The notes: generated from the letters alone by a model not told the origin. A DNA stretch of 64,000 nucleotides from Eledone cirrhosa (GCA_964016885.1 OZ024746.1:9734001-9798000), one strand, 5' to 3'; shown: positions 32,516 through 46,925, numbered from the stretch's first letter. Numbers and translations are program-made.

Positions 32516-32816
32516 TATATCCTTATACATATTTCTATGTGGTCTATGTAGTTGTCTGTATCTTAGTGTGAAGAAATAACCATAAATACACACTCAATCG
32601 CAAGTAGAGGCATGGGACTTAGTACAGGGCGATAACCTCTTATACACCTCCTACGCAGTGCATGTACAGCGACAAGGATTACAGAAATATTGTATATACA
32701 CTAACATTTCTGAAAAAGTACTTTTAATTATATATTTTGATGGAAACAGAAAGTGACAATAACTGACTGAAAGATCATCTCCTTTCTTACACATGAACAT
32801 TTATGTTCAGACTTTC

Positions 32817-32868
<52 letters not shown>

Positions 32869-32993
32869 GGAGGTGAGTTTTATTGTAGTACAATAAAGCA
32901 ATGCAGATATCGGATAAGAAGCACTCTACAGTTTGTAGGACTGGAGTATACATAATATATAAGAACAAAAGATGGTTAAAGGAGTTCCGTGTA

Positions 32994-33060
32994 TTTTATT
33001 ATGCGCATTTCAAAAACAAACATCATCATGCAATAATATTTGTGTTTTCATCAGATAAAA
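32994..33060 (-). ncRNA. Mirror copy of the same hammerhead motif on the minus strand (left arm of the palindrome)
   Basis: Reverse complement of 33207-33273, inside the 162-bp inverted repeat. Confidence 0.7.
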
Positions 33061-33206
33061 CAGGAGGACATGATATGAAGGCTAAAAAACACTTGTGGAT
33101 AGTGCAGTTTTAATGCAGATTCTAAAACTACTTCTCATATGTTGATTTTTGATTTAAAACTGCACTATCCACAAGTGTTTTTTAGCCTTCATATCATGTC
33201 CTCCTG

Positions 33207-33273
33207 TTTTATCTGATGAAAACACAAATATTATTGCATGATGATGTTTGTTTTTGAAATGCGCATAATAAAA
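33207..33273 (+). ncRNA. Minimal type-I hammerhead ribozyme motif (Penelope-like element type)
   Basis: TTTTAT-CTGATGA-[stem II hairpin 33220-33255]-GAAA-TGCGCA-TA-ATAAAA. Intact core, 6-bp stem I, palindromic stem III (ATGCGCAT). Predicted cleavage after 33267. Confidence 0.75.
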
Positions 33274-33305
33274 TACATGGAACTCCTTTAACCATCTTTT
33301 GTTCT

Positions 33306-33337
<32 letters not shown>

Positions 33338-33653
33338 TTATGTGCATTTATGAATATAAATGTCTATATATATATATATATATATATTTATGTGCATTTA
33401 TTAATATAAATGTCTATATATATATATATATGTGTGTGTATATATATGTATAAATATATATATATCATAATAACAAGGAAAACACAGAGATGCAACACCA
33501 GTCTTATTAATTTCATATATATTGATGAATATATAAGTATATATACATGTATATAATATATATATATATATATATACCGAAGGAGTTGTGGTAAGGAACC
33601 AGATGGACCACAACGCACCAGAGTACTCAATACTTAGGGTAGTAGAGTGGGTA

Positions 33654-33800
33654 ATAGGAAAATGTATGACCCCAACAGCAGAGCTAAAGCCGTTTTGATG
33701 CTATTTCTGGACTAAATTAGAATTTTTGAATTTTTATTTAGTCCAGAAATACCTGTCGAAACGGCTTGAGCTCTGCCGTCGGGATCATACATTTTCCTAT
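33654..33800. repeat. Long imperfect fold-back (rod-like hairpin) in a (TA)n-flanked module
   Basis: Outer arms ATAGGAAAATGTATGA.../...TCATACATTTTCCTAT (~45 bp, a few mismatches). Inner arms TATTTCTGGACTAAAT (33702-17) and ATTTAGTCCAGAAATA (33736-51). Confidence 0.85.
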
Positions 33801-34334
33801 ATATATATATGTATATATATATATACATATGTATATATATATGTATATATATATATGTATATATATACACACATACACACACACTGTCGGTCATGCGCAC
33901 ACTAAAATGTATATCTATGCATATAATTCACTCACACGTAGGCTTGCAAATATTCATATATTTCTAAGACTTTAGCTGTAGAACTATTCAAACTAACACC
34001 TCTGCAATATGGCACAAAATAAACACAGTCAAGTCTGAGGTGTGAAATATGGTGTGTTCTTACTTCAGTAGTTCCACAACCATAACTTTTATTTAATAAT
34101 GGTTTCTTTGAAACAAAGAAATCACTACCAATATGGGGACAGGAGCTAATTAACAAAGTAATTATAAAAGGAATATTGTGAGTATTTTTATTAACTAACA
34201 ATTATATGTGCATGTACGTATACACTTACATGTGTCTATGTATATGTATAGCCATATATATATATATGTATAAAAAAGTTATATCTCTATAAATACAGTA
34301 CATATGTATTAAGGTATGTACTAAGCAACCAAGG

Positions 34335-34366
<32 letters not shown>

Positions 34367-36799
34367 ATGTATGTATGATGAATATATATCTGTATTAATA
34401 CAATATAGAGGTATTAAGTTGTGTGCTAAGCAACCAAACTATATATATATATATATATACATATATATAGTAATAATAATAATAAATATATATATATATT
34501 TATTTATAAGAAAGGTTGATTTAGATGTATGGGAGTGATATATCACACAGAATCCCTGGTGATATCAATACAAGGTAATTATTATCATACTTAATTCTCA
34601 AAATAACACGATATATGATTGAGCAACAGGTTTGAAAATAATGATTATCAATAGCCAATATAATGTTTGCATGCCATTACCAATATCATTTATTCTATGG
34701 TCTGATATTCGATACTTTTGCACACTGCACTTGCTTCATTTTTGGCTACTTTTACAAAAAGGATTTTTCTGAATTGTTTTTTATGCAAATAGATGTAATT
34801 TATGTATCCCGGCTTCTAATCTGCAATAAAACAGGCATGTGGTTCAGGAAATAGCTTCTGTCTGTTGGCTTTTTATTTCTGGTTTATCTATATTTTTTGT
34901 TTGGTTGTTTAAATAATAATAATAATGATGATGATAATAATAGTAATAATAATAATAATAATAATAATGATGATGATAATAATAGTAATAATAATAATAA
35001 TAATAATAATGATGATGATAATAATAGTAATAATAATAATAATAATAATGATGATGATAATAATAGTAATAATAATAATAAATCTCCTGTTCTGACGGAA
35101 GCTGTTTGTGGAGAACATCTGCTTATGAAAGTACTGCTCATTTTATTAGCAAATGTCTGGACATCCGCTACCAGATACATGCATGCATGCTTAGATAGAC
35201 ATATAGGAAAGCATATATATATATATATATTGTGTGTATGTGTGTGTATATGTGTGTGTGTGTGTATGTGTATATATATATGTGTGTGTGTGTGTATGTG
35301 TGTGTGTGTGTATATATATGTGTATATATATATATATATATTCACATTCTCATGTAATAGGGAGGAGTATTGGAAACATAAGATCCAGGCTTTCATACAA
35401 TTGTCACTGAATATTATACACTTATACCTTTATATATATATACGTGTGTGTGCATGTGTGTGTGTGTGTGTGTGTATATATGATGAGACAGACAGACATG
35501 TAAATAGATAAAGGAATTTATAAAGTGAATGAAATAGTGAGAAAGATAGAAAAAGGGAGAGACAGTGAGATAAAGGTAATGTTACAAAGAAACATGCTTT
35601 CAAACATATGCATACATGCATGTAAGTCTATTAAGAGATACATTGAAGTTTTCAGAGAGTCACACATGCAAAGAAACAGATGCCTTCCTATAAACACTTA
35701 CACACACATACACACTTCACAGTTACAATTTTCATATGAACATACAGTTGCATACACATGCATACATCCTCATACACAGACAGTTACAGAGACACACCAA
35801 TATTTATCATAAAACTATATGGTACGAAGCATAGATACATAGGAACATACACACTCACCAAAACAAGAAAAATATCCATATTTTAAAGACCAAATAACAA
35901 ATCAGTCGAACCACATCTATGTACATAAACATTAATACAAACACACACACACACAGGTATATAAGTACAAAGAAAAATAAACAGATAAATAATGTATAAA
36001 ATAAAATTTTCAAGAGAGATTTGAGAGATAAGCAGACAGCTTACAGTTTAAAACAGCTACAGTCTGTTCCTCCCCCACAAAAGATAGAGGAGATAATAGT
36101 AAATATAAGAGAGCGGATGAGGGTGGAAAATCCAAAGGATATTCAGAACGTGAAATAGAAAGAGAAGAAAAAGAAGACTATATGGGGGAAGAAGAAGGAA
36201 AAGAAATGATAGAGGAAAAAGGAAGTTTAAAGAAGAAAAAAATGTAAAACAAGTGAAAAGGAAAAGGATGTATGAAGAAATTGGAAAGAAGTACAGTAGT
36301 AGTAGTAGTGGTAGTAGTAGTAATCTAAAGTCTGTCTCAAGCTAGGATGCTTGTCAGACTGGTGCTTATACCAGTTTTGTGGTGTGAAGTGACTAAGTGT
36401 AAAACTTCCTCCTGGACAGGATTCCAGTCCATTGCAGGGCTAACCCCAAGTATTGCTGGTACTCATCAGCTGAGTATACTGTTGCACTGTAAAATGAAAT
36501 GTTTTGCTCAAGAACACAACACAACCCAGTCCAGGAATCAAACTTATGACATGTGCATATGTTAAACACCCTTACCACTAAGCCACACGCCTCCACAGTA
36601 GTTGTATGAGTAATAATAATTGTTTCTACTTTTGGCACAAGGCCAGCAATTAACCAGTGTATCACTGGTACTTTATTTTATCGACCTCATAAGGATGAAA
36701 GGCAAAGTTAACCTCGGCGGGATTTGAACTCAGAATGGCAAGGGCCGTAACTCTATGCGTCAAAGCATGGCGTCCAACCCTCCACCGATACTGCCAATG

Positions 36800-37125
36800 A
36801 TCCCAAGATATTTGAACTCTTCCATCTGCTTCAGTGTAACTCTAATCACATGTAGCATGTACAGAGCAGACTTTCTCAAGAGCATCACACTGACTTTCAT
36901 TCCTGCCAATGTAAGTCAGAGATCACCTTCTGATGAGGTAACTAGCATGTTGTCTGCAAATATCAACCGACTGATCCTACAAATGCCAGTTAAGATATTA
37001 CTTCCAACTTGGCCACGCATATCAATCCTGTTCATGAAGATTATGAACAGGAGAGGTGACTATACACACCCTTGGCAGAGTTCAAATCCCATATTAAATT
37101 GTTTAGACTTGGCATTGTGCATGTT
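36800..37125 (-). mobile_element. Non-LTR reverse transcriptase core remnant
   Basis: Minus strand: QGCV*SPLLFIIFMNRI ... LIFADNML ... EFKYLG. Confidence 0.75.
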
Positions 37126-39505
37126 ATGAACATTTAAACCTTGTGGAACCTATCCCTTTTCATGTCTGGACAAGAGAAAGATAAGAAAAGAGAAAGAGAT
37201 AAAAGAAGAATTGACCCAAGTACTGGACTTGTACAACATTTATTTATATTTAAAGAATGAATATCAATGTTGACTTCAACAGAATTTGAACACAGGGTGC
37301 AGAAAGTTGGAAGGAATTTTGCAAAATAAACTATCTGATGTTCTGATGACCCGAGATATTATAATTGTTTCTACTTTTGGCACAAGGCCAGCAATTACCC
37401 AGTACATTACTGGTACTTTATTTTATCGACCTCGTAAGGATGAAAGGCAAAGTTAACTTCGGCGAGATTTGAACTCAGAATGGCAAGGGCCGTAACTCCA
37501 TGCGTCAAAGCATGGCATCCAACCCTCTACTGATACTGCCAATCTACCACCCTAGTTATTATAATACAATGCTGTTATAGCTCTCTTACCTAATGTGTAC
37601 CTAAGAATAATAGTTTTTTATAGATAATCAGCAATGTGTTTAATAATTCAGAATTTTCAAAATATGAAAGATAATCAGATATTCAATGATACTGTTGTTA
37701 AAAATAAATATGGTACTTAGAGATGCTCAGGAGAATCCATACATCTGAATTTAGTGTAAGTAAAAACTACTTTAAAAATTATTTTGAATAGTCAATTGAG
37801 ATTTTTTTTTCGCTATACATTGAAGTCAGTTCTTTAAATGTTTGAAATTCAGTTCAGTTCTTTCTACATATTGCTGTACTTTTACTATTAGTCATGTCAT
37901 TTATAGAGTTTAGAGTGGGCAAGTATGATGAACCCGTTATTGTGAAGGAAGATATATAACTGTTTCATATTTAATTGTTTGTGCACATGCATGCATACAT
38001 ATACATACAGATGCAGAGATCCATTAACTGACACATATAAGTGGATTTTTGCATAAATTCATGTATAAATTCATAAAACAAAATTTTACTGAATCCTCTT
38101 TTTTGATCTCATATACATGTAAATACCAGAAATTCAAGCATTCACATATTTAAACTCAGTTAAGTTTACGTAAAAACCTTTTATCCTTTTGTCATTTTAT
38201 CTTACCCTCTTTACTTCCCTTTATGTAAACATGTACATATAATTAGAATCAGTCGAGGTTAACTTTGCCTTTCATCCTTACGGGAATCGATAAAATAAAG
38301 TACCAGTAATGTACTGGGTAATTGCTGGCCTTGTGCCAAAAGTAGAAACAATTATCATCATTATCAAAATGACTGTTATGGGGGACTTTTAACATACAAG
38401 AAAATTTCAGTCTACTTGTTAAAGTGAGTTAATTTAAATAACTGTTCCTTTCCTTTGCAATTTGTTCATGTTTGTATGGGTTTGCAAATTCAAACATTTG
38501 TTCTGGGTACTTCAAGTAAATTTGTAAAGTACTCAATTATTGAGAATTATGATTTTTAGTAAATTTGAAATAATTGGTGTAGGGGTTTTCTTCAAAGAGT
38601 GTTGAGCAAAGAATATATGAGGTTTGAACCTTTGATCAATATGCACAGATTATGGATAACCCTTTAAAGAATTTCAGAGAGTACTAAATATATGAGATAT
38701 CATTTGAAATAAGAATAGCTGCTTACAACTTCCCATTACCAATAATCAAATGTAAAGCAATTCTAATTCATGTTATCAATAAGTGAATGTTTATTAAACC
38801 AAATCATTATTTTAGTTATTTCATGTTGGAATTTGACTGTGATTTAGGGACAAATATCTAATACAGAATAAATAATGGCTCAATCTAAAATGATTTATAT
38901 GCGTTGTTAATGTGAAATTGGAAAAATTAAGCTGGTTCTCAGCTCAACTTGTTAAAATGTGAGAATTGCCAAATGCTTAGCAAGCATGAAATGAAATCCC
39001 TTTTGTGGAGTTCTGTTTTATGACACTATAAATCTTTCATTTCCAAGTAAGGCACCTAATTTTGCACAGTGTAATAATTTTATGTTGCATTTCAAATACA
39101 CATGTTGTTCAAATTTTGTAGTCATGTATCATGAAGTGAGTCTCAGTAATATGAGCCTTTATTAATAATGTTATGTTGATGAAGGAATTTGCTGTAAAGT
39201 GTTTTAGTAAACTCATTGGTGTTCAAATAATTTATTAGTTATGACATCTTCTTGGCTGGATTAAGATTCCAATATCAAAATTTACATCTATTATAGGAGA
39301 TAAGGGCAGATTAAGCCGGGTGGCCAGATACATATTACCATATTCGTACGAGTTTATTTATTCTTCTTTGTCATCTTAGATTATACAAGGAAATGTGGTG
39401 TCTTGTTGGTAGAGCACCATACTTTTTTCTGTCTTTGTATAGGATCAGCTCATTTATATCTCTGTGGCCAATAAGTTGCTGCATTTGATACCATTATCAT
39501 TAGCT

Positions 39506-39696
39506 GGGTGGTGGATTGACAGTATTGGTAGAGGGTCTGACACCATGCTTTGCAGCAAAGAGTTACAGCCCTTGCCATTCTGAGTTCAAATCCTGCCGAG
39601 GTTAACTTTGCCTTTCATCTTTACGGGGTCGATAAAATAAAATACCAGTAATGTACTGATAATTGCTGGCCTTGCGCCAAAAGTAGAAACAATTAT
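39506..39696 (+). mobile_element. tRNA-derived SINE family A, forward copy
   Basis: GGGTGGTGGATTGACAGTATTGG...GAGTTCAAATCC...GTAGAAACAATTAT. Confidence 0.85.
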
Positions 39697-41136
39697 CATT
39701 AACAATTATCATTAACAAAGTTCAGTTCCTGCCTTGAGGAAGCCAGTGATAAGAGATAGAATTTCAAATTATCATGCAAAGAGCCACGACATATACCACA
39801 AGACATCTAACACTGATACATAACTCTTGACTGATACTTTATTGACCCTAAATGAATGAGAGACAAAATGGATTTTGTTAGCATTTGAATTCAGAGGACA
39901 GAGCCAAAACAAATACTGTGAGCCATTCTACCAATGTTCTTTTAGCATAGAGCACCTCACTAAACTCATTTTTCTATTAGTTTCTAATTTAAGCACAAAG
40001 CCAACAATTTTGGGGGAGGGGGAAAGTCGATTAAATTGACCCCAATGCATTACTGGTACCTTATTTTATCAATGTCTGCCTGGAGGATGAAAGGCAAAGT
40101 TAACCTCGGTGGAATTTGAACACAGAACATAAAGGGCGATAATTCTATGCTGAAATGTTGTCTGCTGCTCTACTGAAGCTGCCAATTCTCTGTCCTAAAC
40201 TACATTATTAATGCAAGCCACCTAGGAAGCCCCAGTGCAGACATGTTACCTGCAAGAAAAAAGAGCTAAATCTTTCTGTGTGAGTTTAACTAGAATGACT
40301 ACAACACAGATTTAATGATGTATGGAGTGGACATGATCATTATACCATGTGGGATTCTCTTTCACTTTTACAGGAGATATTTAAATTCTGAGTGAAATAT
40401 ATTAAAAGGAATCTGGCTAGAAGATGACTGAAAGAAGAGACATGTTGATATTGACTATCAAGCATGACTAACAATTCAACTTCAGTAGTATCTCTATGTC
40501 ATCTGCCTTTTCTTTTCCTTTATTAGAACTCTCTAAGAGTATTTACTCAACAACTGTTAACATTTTAAAACATTTTACAAGAATTAATGTGTTTTTTCAC
40601 CTTTAAAAAATTAAAGAAATAGCTTTTATATCTGATAGAATCTAAGAGAAGTACGATTGCATCAGAAATAACATAATCAATGACAACTTTAAAACTGAGA
40701 GAGTGACTTGAATAATGACATTTTACAGTCCTTTTATCAGACATTATCAAAAGATATTAGAAGCCAAACATTTAACTACTTTTTCAAATTATGTACTAAT
40801 TTACTCTGAGGCCATGCTGGAGCACTGCCTTCAAGATTTTAATCAATCATATTAACATACAGTACTTATTTTAGTCTGTTATTTATTTTATCAATCTCTA
40901 CTTGTTGAAATGCTATGTGAAGAAACTTAAATGGATGCAACATAATAGGCATTTTATTTTTAATGGACAGATGGACACACATGTAGATCAGTTTAATGGA
41001 CACACATGTAGATCAGTATAATGGACACACATGTAGATCAATATAGACTTTAACATACATGGATGCATTTTCAATCAAATAAATTCCAGTTTCTGTCAAA
41101 ATTATATAACATATATATATATATATATATATATAT

Positions 41137-41236
41137 AGTTTTAATATAGATGAGATTCTACAGGACTAGAACTGTTTCATTCTTTAGAAATCATCAGGTA
41201 GAATCAGTCCTGTAGAATCTCATCTATATTAAAACT
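41137..41236. repeat. Perfect 31-bp inverted repeat with 38-bp spacer
   Basis: AGTTTTAATATAGATGAGATTCTACAGGACT (41137-67) and its reverse complement (41206-36). Confidence 0.9.
41166..41201 (-). ncRNA. Degenerate hammerhead-like motif inside a perfect 31-bp inverted repeat
   Basis: Minus strand reads CTAC-CTGATGA-TTTC(taaa)GAAT-GAAA-CAG-TT-CTAG, with mismatches at the bases of stems I and II. Confidence 0.4.
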
Positions 41237-41302
41237 TTTATACTCTGCAATGTATTGAGTACCTTACTTACTGTGGTTACCTCCGATTCAACCCGAAATA
41301 AC

Positions 41303-41353
<51 letters not shown>

Positions 41354-42902
41354 GACAGGATTCTACACAGTTTCTGACTAGCAAATTCTATTCAAGGTAT
41401 TGATCAACTCAAAGCTATGGGAGTGATCTGGGAAAGTTTGTTTGTGGAAGACCAACAGTCGTCCATGCATACTGATCTCCTCTCTACATGCCACAAATGT
41501 TTTCCAAGGGAAAGGCAATGGCCAATACAGCTTGACACCTGTAATGTTGCAACTCATTTCTTCAGCTGAGTGAACTGGAACAACATTAAATAAAGTATCT
41601 TGCTCAAGGACACAACACGTCACCCAATCCGAGAATTGAACTCACAATCTCGCTATTGCAAGCCCAATGCTCAAACCAGATTTCAAAGCCTAAAGACACT
41701 ATCTATGCTAGTTGTTTCTTATTGTTAAGGTAAGGAGTATGTCATTATTTAGATAGATGGATGGATAGATAGATGAATAGACATATAGATAGCTATGTAT
41801 ATCATCATATCTAAGTAAATACATATTTATATCATCACACACACACACACACCGACACACACACACACACACACACATTTTTCTTTGGAGATGCTCTAGG
41901 TTACAGTGAAATAGAGTATCAGTGATTAGGTCATATATGTATGGTAACATGCTTTCATGGCTAACAGTATATAATATCATTACAAAATAATTATAATACC
42001 ATAAGAGTGACTATAAGTGTGTGTTTTTAATGATTCTACCATGATACAATTGTTTCTGTTCAAATCAACAACTTTAGATGAAACCACTTTTCAAAAAAAT
42101 GCAACTCAAGACGCTTATAGAATAATGTTTTTAAGAATGTATATTGAATATCATATTAGGCATTGGTACTGAGAGTGGTGATGAAAACAGATGATGGTGT
42201 GAGAAATTCATTCTAAGTACAAGTTAAGTGCAGCAAAATATCTACGTGGAAACTTCAAGTGTTGAATTAAGTTATGTAGGAGCATCAGGAAAATAAATTT
42301 GTAAAGTATATCAAATTCCTTGGTTAATTATGAGTATAGCTACTTATATTTTTCATGTTTTGCAATCCACGTCACCTCTTCTTAGCTACATGATAGTACA
42401 GATGGTTAAGAGAGATGTTTTAAAGACAGTAGTCCATATATGGTATTTTTCAGTCTCGGACTATGTTGCATGTTTTGTCTTGAAGAGTTTAGTTGTTTCA
42501 AGTGCAGTTTAGCTTTCCAGGCATTTTTTATCTTGTCAGCTATCTTGGCTGCTTTTGGTAATGACTGCTGCAATGGAAGTCAATGTGGTATAGTTTGAAA
42601 GAAGCTAGATATAAGTAACTAAGTTTTATTTTAGGGTTTTAACAACTGAACACTAAGTAAAAAAGGGTAAATAATATTGGGGCAATGTTCATGTACATTT
42701 GTATTTAGGTATGTATGTATGTATGTGTTTATGTTAAGAACAAAATGAGATTTCACATTGAGGTTTTTATTGATTAGACGTTTCACAGATGGGTGGCTCA
42801 AGATCCATATTAATGTTATAGGCCCAACTCCAGTCCAAGTCAGGTCAGGGAAAGTAGACATTAAAACAAGGAGGAGGATATAAGCATATATGTGTGTGTG
42901 TG

Positions 42903-42992
<90 letters not shown>

Positions 42993-45505
42993 TATTTTGA
43001 AATTATCCGAGCTGCACAATAAGTTTATTTTAGAATAGTACTTTACTAAGATTTTGGTGCATTATTAAAAGTGTTTAAATGTAAGTCAAGTTTTAATTAT
43101 AAGGGATGTGAGGACTGAAATAATTATTTTCTACATGTTTCTCATACCTGCTTGGCATTTAATTTTGGACGCTTTGGTTTTACAGTTTAAATCATTTATT
43201 TGTAGAAGTTATAGATTGTTTTTGTTGCTATTCAGCCACATAGCCTATTGACTGTGTACTACTTTATAAAGTACTATTTTGGTTTCTTTTTATGTTCATT
43301 TCATTGAAGGCAGACTAAAAATCAATTCTTTCTTATAACATACCACAAGATTAGATGGAGTGGGGGTCACTTACATTATACTTCCCAACTCCAGTATAAT
43401 TTTAATACTTTAAATATATAGGTTGAATACTTTACAACTCTACGCTGACTTTGAGTGCTACAAATGTTTACCCTTTAAATTCTTGAAGGATGTCAATAGA
43501 TTAAGAAGCAGTTAAATACTTTCTAGATATTCTTACTTGATTTCCACAGCAACTTAAAGTTCATGGGAAGAAATCATCTCTACATTTATTGCAGCTTCGC
43601 TTCAGGCAGTGTTTCTCACTAATTATATGCCTAAATATTAATCTTTAAAAAATTGGAATTTGTTTGTGTTTTGTTGTGTTTTTATAGTTTTCCAAAGGTA
43701 TTTGCTTATCTTTCCATGAACTCTAAGCATTCAAAAAACTAAAGAATAGCTCTTTGCTAGAAAAAATTATATTTGTTCTTAAGGAATTCTTTAAAATACA
43801 TTGCTCTCAATTATCTCATCTGTGAAGCTCATTCTTAAGTTTTCATATAGGAAAAATTCTTTACAAATGGATTAATTAAATCCATATAATCATTTAAGTA
43901 CATGGTAATAAATGTTGAGGGTGGGAGCAGTCAGTTATATAATCTCCAGTACTTATTTTATGGAGCCTCAGAAATCAATCCTTTATATTTATATATTTAT
44001 ACCATATCTTGCTCAAACAAAACTTGTATTGGCTGGGTCTTTTACTGCCGGATGCCTTTCCTAATACCAACCCATACATACATACACTTTTATTATATAT
44101 TTAGCAGCAATATTAAATACATATATGTATGAAATTCTGTATATATGAACCTGTAACTCCTGGTCGAGTCATAAGGGAACCATAGTAACACACAGCATAT
44201 CTTAAGCATTTTTTAGACTGGAACTACAGGTCTGGAATTTTCTTCCAGAAAGGGAGAGAAAGTAATAGAAAGGAAGTGAGAAAGAAATAACAGGGAAAAA
44301 AATAACCCCCAATGGTGGTCTGGTACTTGTTGCAAATTTGAAAGGATTAAAGGCAAAGTTGACCCTGGCAGGATTTAAAGTATTCTGGAAGGAATACCCC
44401 AAAGAATTCTATCTGACATTCTAACAACTCTATCAATTTGCCACTCATGTGTACCTAAACAAATGCTTTAAAAAAAAAACTCATATTTATGTATTTGTTA
44501 ATATAATGCCTTTCTAAATATCAAATTTATGTATATATATGATGATGATGATTTATATACTGCTATTGTATAAGATTTTATTGACACATATAAACTTATT
44601 GTTAAATAACAATTGGCATCTTTACTTTTCTATCATCAATATACGTTTTATGTGAATATATATATATTAAATGGTGATGATATATATATATGTTTGTGAG
44701 AGTGAGTATAAACGAAAGAAAAGAGCAATCAACACACAATATGGAACCACTGGTTTCAAAAAAAAAAATGTCTCTAAATTATCAGGTGCATTTCTCAAAT
44801 GATAACATAAAAAATATATATATATCTATAAACGCATACCTATATATGTTCAGATATTGTCAATATATCTACATACATACATACACAGCTATATGTTCAT
44901 TTTATTTGTGTTAAAAACAAGGTTTCTATACATTTAACTATAAGCATTCTGATTACTATATCTCTGTTTAACTTCACAGCAAATACACTCAAACATACAC
45001 TCGTGCATATACACACACCTAGTCTTTTCTGATTATACACAATTATGATTAGAGCAACAGCATACACATTACTTCACTGTGTATGTATGTAAGTTTGAAA
45101 ATATATGCGCGTGTGTGGGGGTTTTAAAAATATAAAGTGCGTACATATTTTGTGTATGTGTGTATGAAATATGTACGCAATATATTTTTAAAACATGTAA
45201 AAAGACAGGATAAACACTTATTTTATTATCTAAATATAGTTGCTTGTTTGTTGACTTTTCTTTTAAATAGAACAAAAGAAAACATAGTATATAACATTTT
45301 TCTCTATATTTCACTATATGTATGTGTGTGTGAGTGTATATATAGATATAGATATCTGTGTATGTGTGTATATATATATATATATGTGTGTGTGTGTATA
45401 TATATATATACACATGCATGTATATATATATATGTTTGTGTGTGTATATATATATATAGTGAGAGAGAGGGGGCAGAGAGAGAGAGAGGCAGAGAGAGAG
45501 AGATA

Positions 45506-45783
45506 TACAGTGAAACCTCTCATCATGAACAAATCAGTTCACAAACAATTTTTCCTAACATAAAATGTCTCGGGTGATAATGATGTCTTTAGAAACAAAC
45601 AGCAAGCTGGCAACAACAGTGATATCTATCTGTCTTTCAAACACAGTCGCTCTCTCTCTTTCCCCCTCTCTCTCTGTATTGCTCTCTCAGGATTTTATAT
45701 AGGAAAAATAGTTTCAGTTTACAAACATTTCAGATGACAAACAGCCTTCAGGAATAAATTAAGTTTGTGAACTGAGGTTCAAC

Positions 45784-45787
<4 letters not shown>
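45506..45787. mobile_element. Tigger/pogo-like MITE (TA-flanked)
   Basis: TA-CAGTGAAACCTC ... GAGGTTCAACGG-TA imperfect TIRs. Confidence 0.55.
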
Positions 45788-45850
<63 letters not shown>

Positions 45851-46740
45851 TTCAGAGAGCTTATACCGATGTTCGCCACAAAAGGTTTCTCTCTAAAAAT
45901 GAAAGGCAGATTGTATGATGCCTGTATATGAACAACAATGCTACATGACAGTGAGACATGGGCTTTGTGTACAGACTGGAAAGGAATGAAGCATGCATGC
46001 TCCGCTGGATGTGTAATAGTAATATACATGAATGGCAAAACATAAATGAACTAAGTGAGAAGTTAGGAATAAGAAGGATCAGATGATGTTTACTTGAGAG
46101 AAGACTATGTTGGTATGGTCACGTGATGCGCATGAAAGACGACAGCTGCATAAAAAAGTGCAGGGCGATCAAAATTGATGGAAGTTACGGAGTAGGTAGA
46201 CCCAGAAAAACCTGGGACGATTTGATAAATTCCGCCCTTACACACTTGCCCCTCTTTAAGACCATGTCACTGGACCAAGATCTTTGGCGCCATGCAGTAA
46301 TACAGAAGACTTGCCTATGTACAAAGTGAAGCCTATAGTCAGTAGGCACCTCTTAACCAAACATACACCCCAATCCACTACCCCTACCCTATCCTCCCAC
46401 TCCCACCAACACCACCCTTTCTCTGTAAAGTTGGTACCACAACATCCAGTCCAAATAAATGAGATAATGAGATTGAGATCAAGATCGTGTAGGTGTCACG
46501 ACAAAAAAAACACACAGTCCATGCTGTAATGTCACCGTGTAGGTAACACGGTAAAAAGTTCCCAGTCCACACTGTAAATGAGGTTGGTGTTAGGAAGGAC
46601 ATCCAACCATGATAAACCTGCCAGATAGTCCTATATGAGCAAGACACGGTCACCCGATCAACCTTGCCTCAAATCGGGACAAATCCCGTCTAATCCATGC
46701 TAGCGTGGAAGATGGATGTTAAATGATGATGATGATGATA
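45851..46740 (+). mobile_element. RTE-clade LINE, 5'-truncated (ORF C-terminus + 3' UTR + (GAT)n tail)
   Basis: FRELIPMFATKGFSLKMKGRLYDAC...HDSETWA...WYGHVMRMKDDSCIKKC...GRPRKTWDDLI with stops and frameshifts, ending in (GAT)n. Confidence 0.88.
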
Positions 46741-46925
46741 ATTTAGGGAATCATTCTGTCATTACCATAACAGAAATCCAATGAGCTTCTAATTTCAGAA
46801 TCGGGCCTGATCCATACAGATTGAACCTTAATCTGATCAATCGCAAAACGTGCATCACACTTCAATAATTGTAACAAAAATTTAACACCTCATCCATTTT
46901 ATTATTATTATCATTATTTATATAT

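Larger units (their letters stand above)
32952..33315. repeat. Near-perfect 162-bp inverted repeat with 40-bp spacer
   Basis: Arms 32952-33113 and 33154-33315. The only difference I see is ccGtg vs ccAtg, which gives a G-U pair in + strand RNA. Confidence 0.95.

Noticed and set aside
34897-35511. Asn/Asp-rich 204-aa ORF
   Set aside because: (AAT)/(GAT) and (TG) microsatellites with no domain or splice support.
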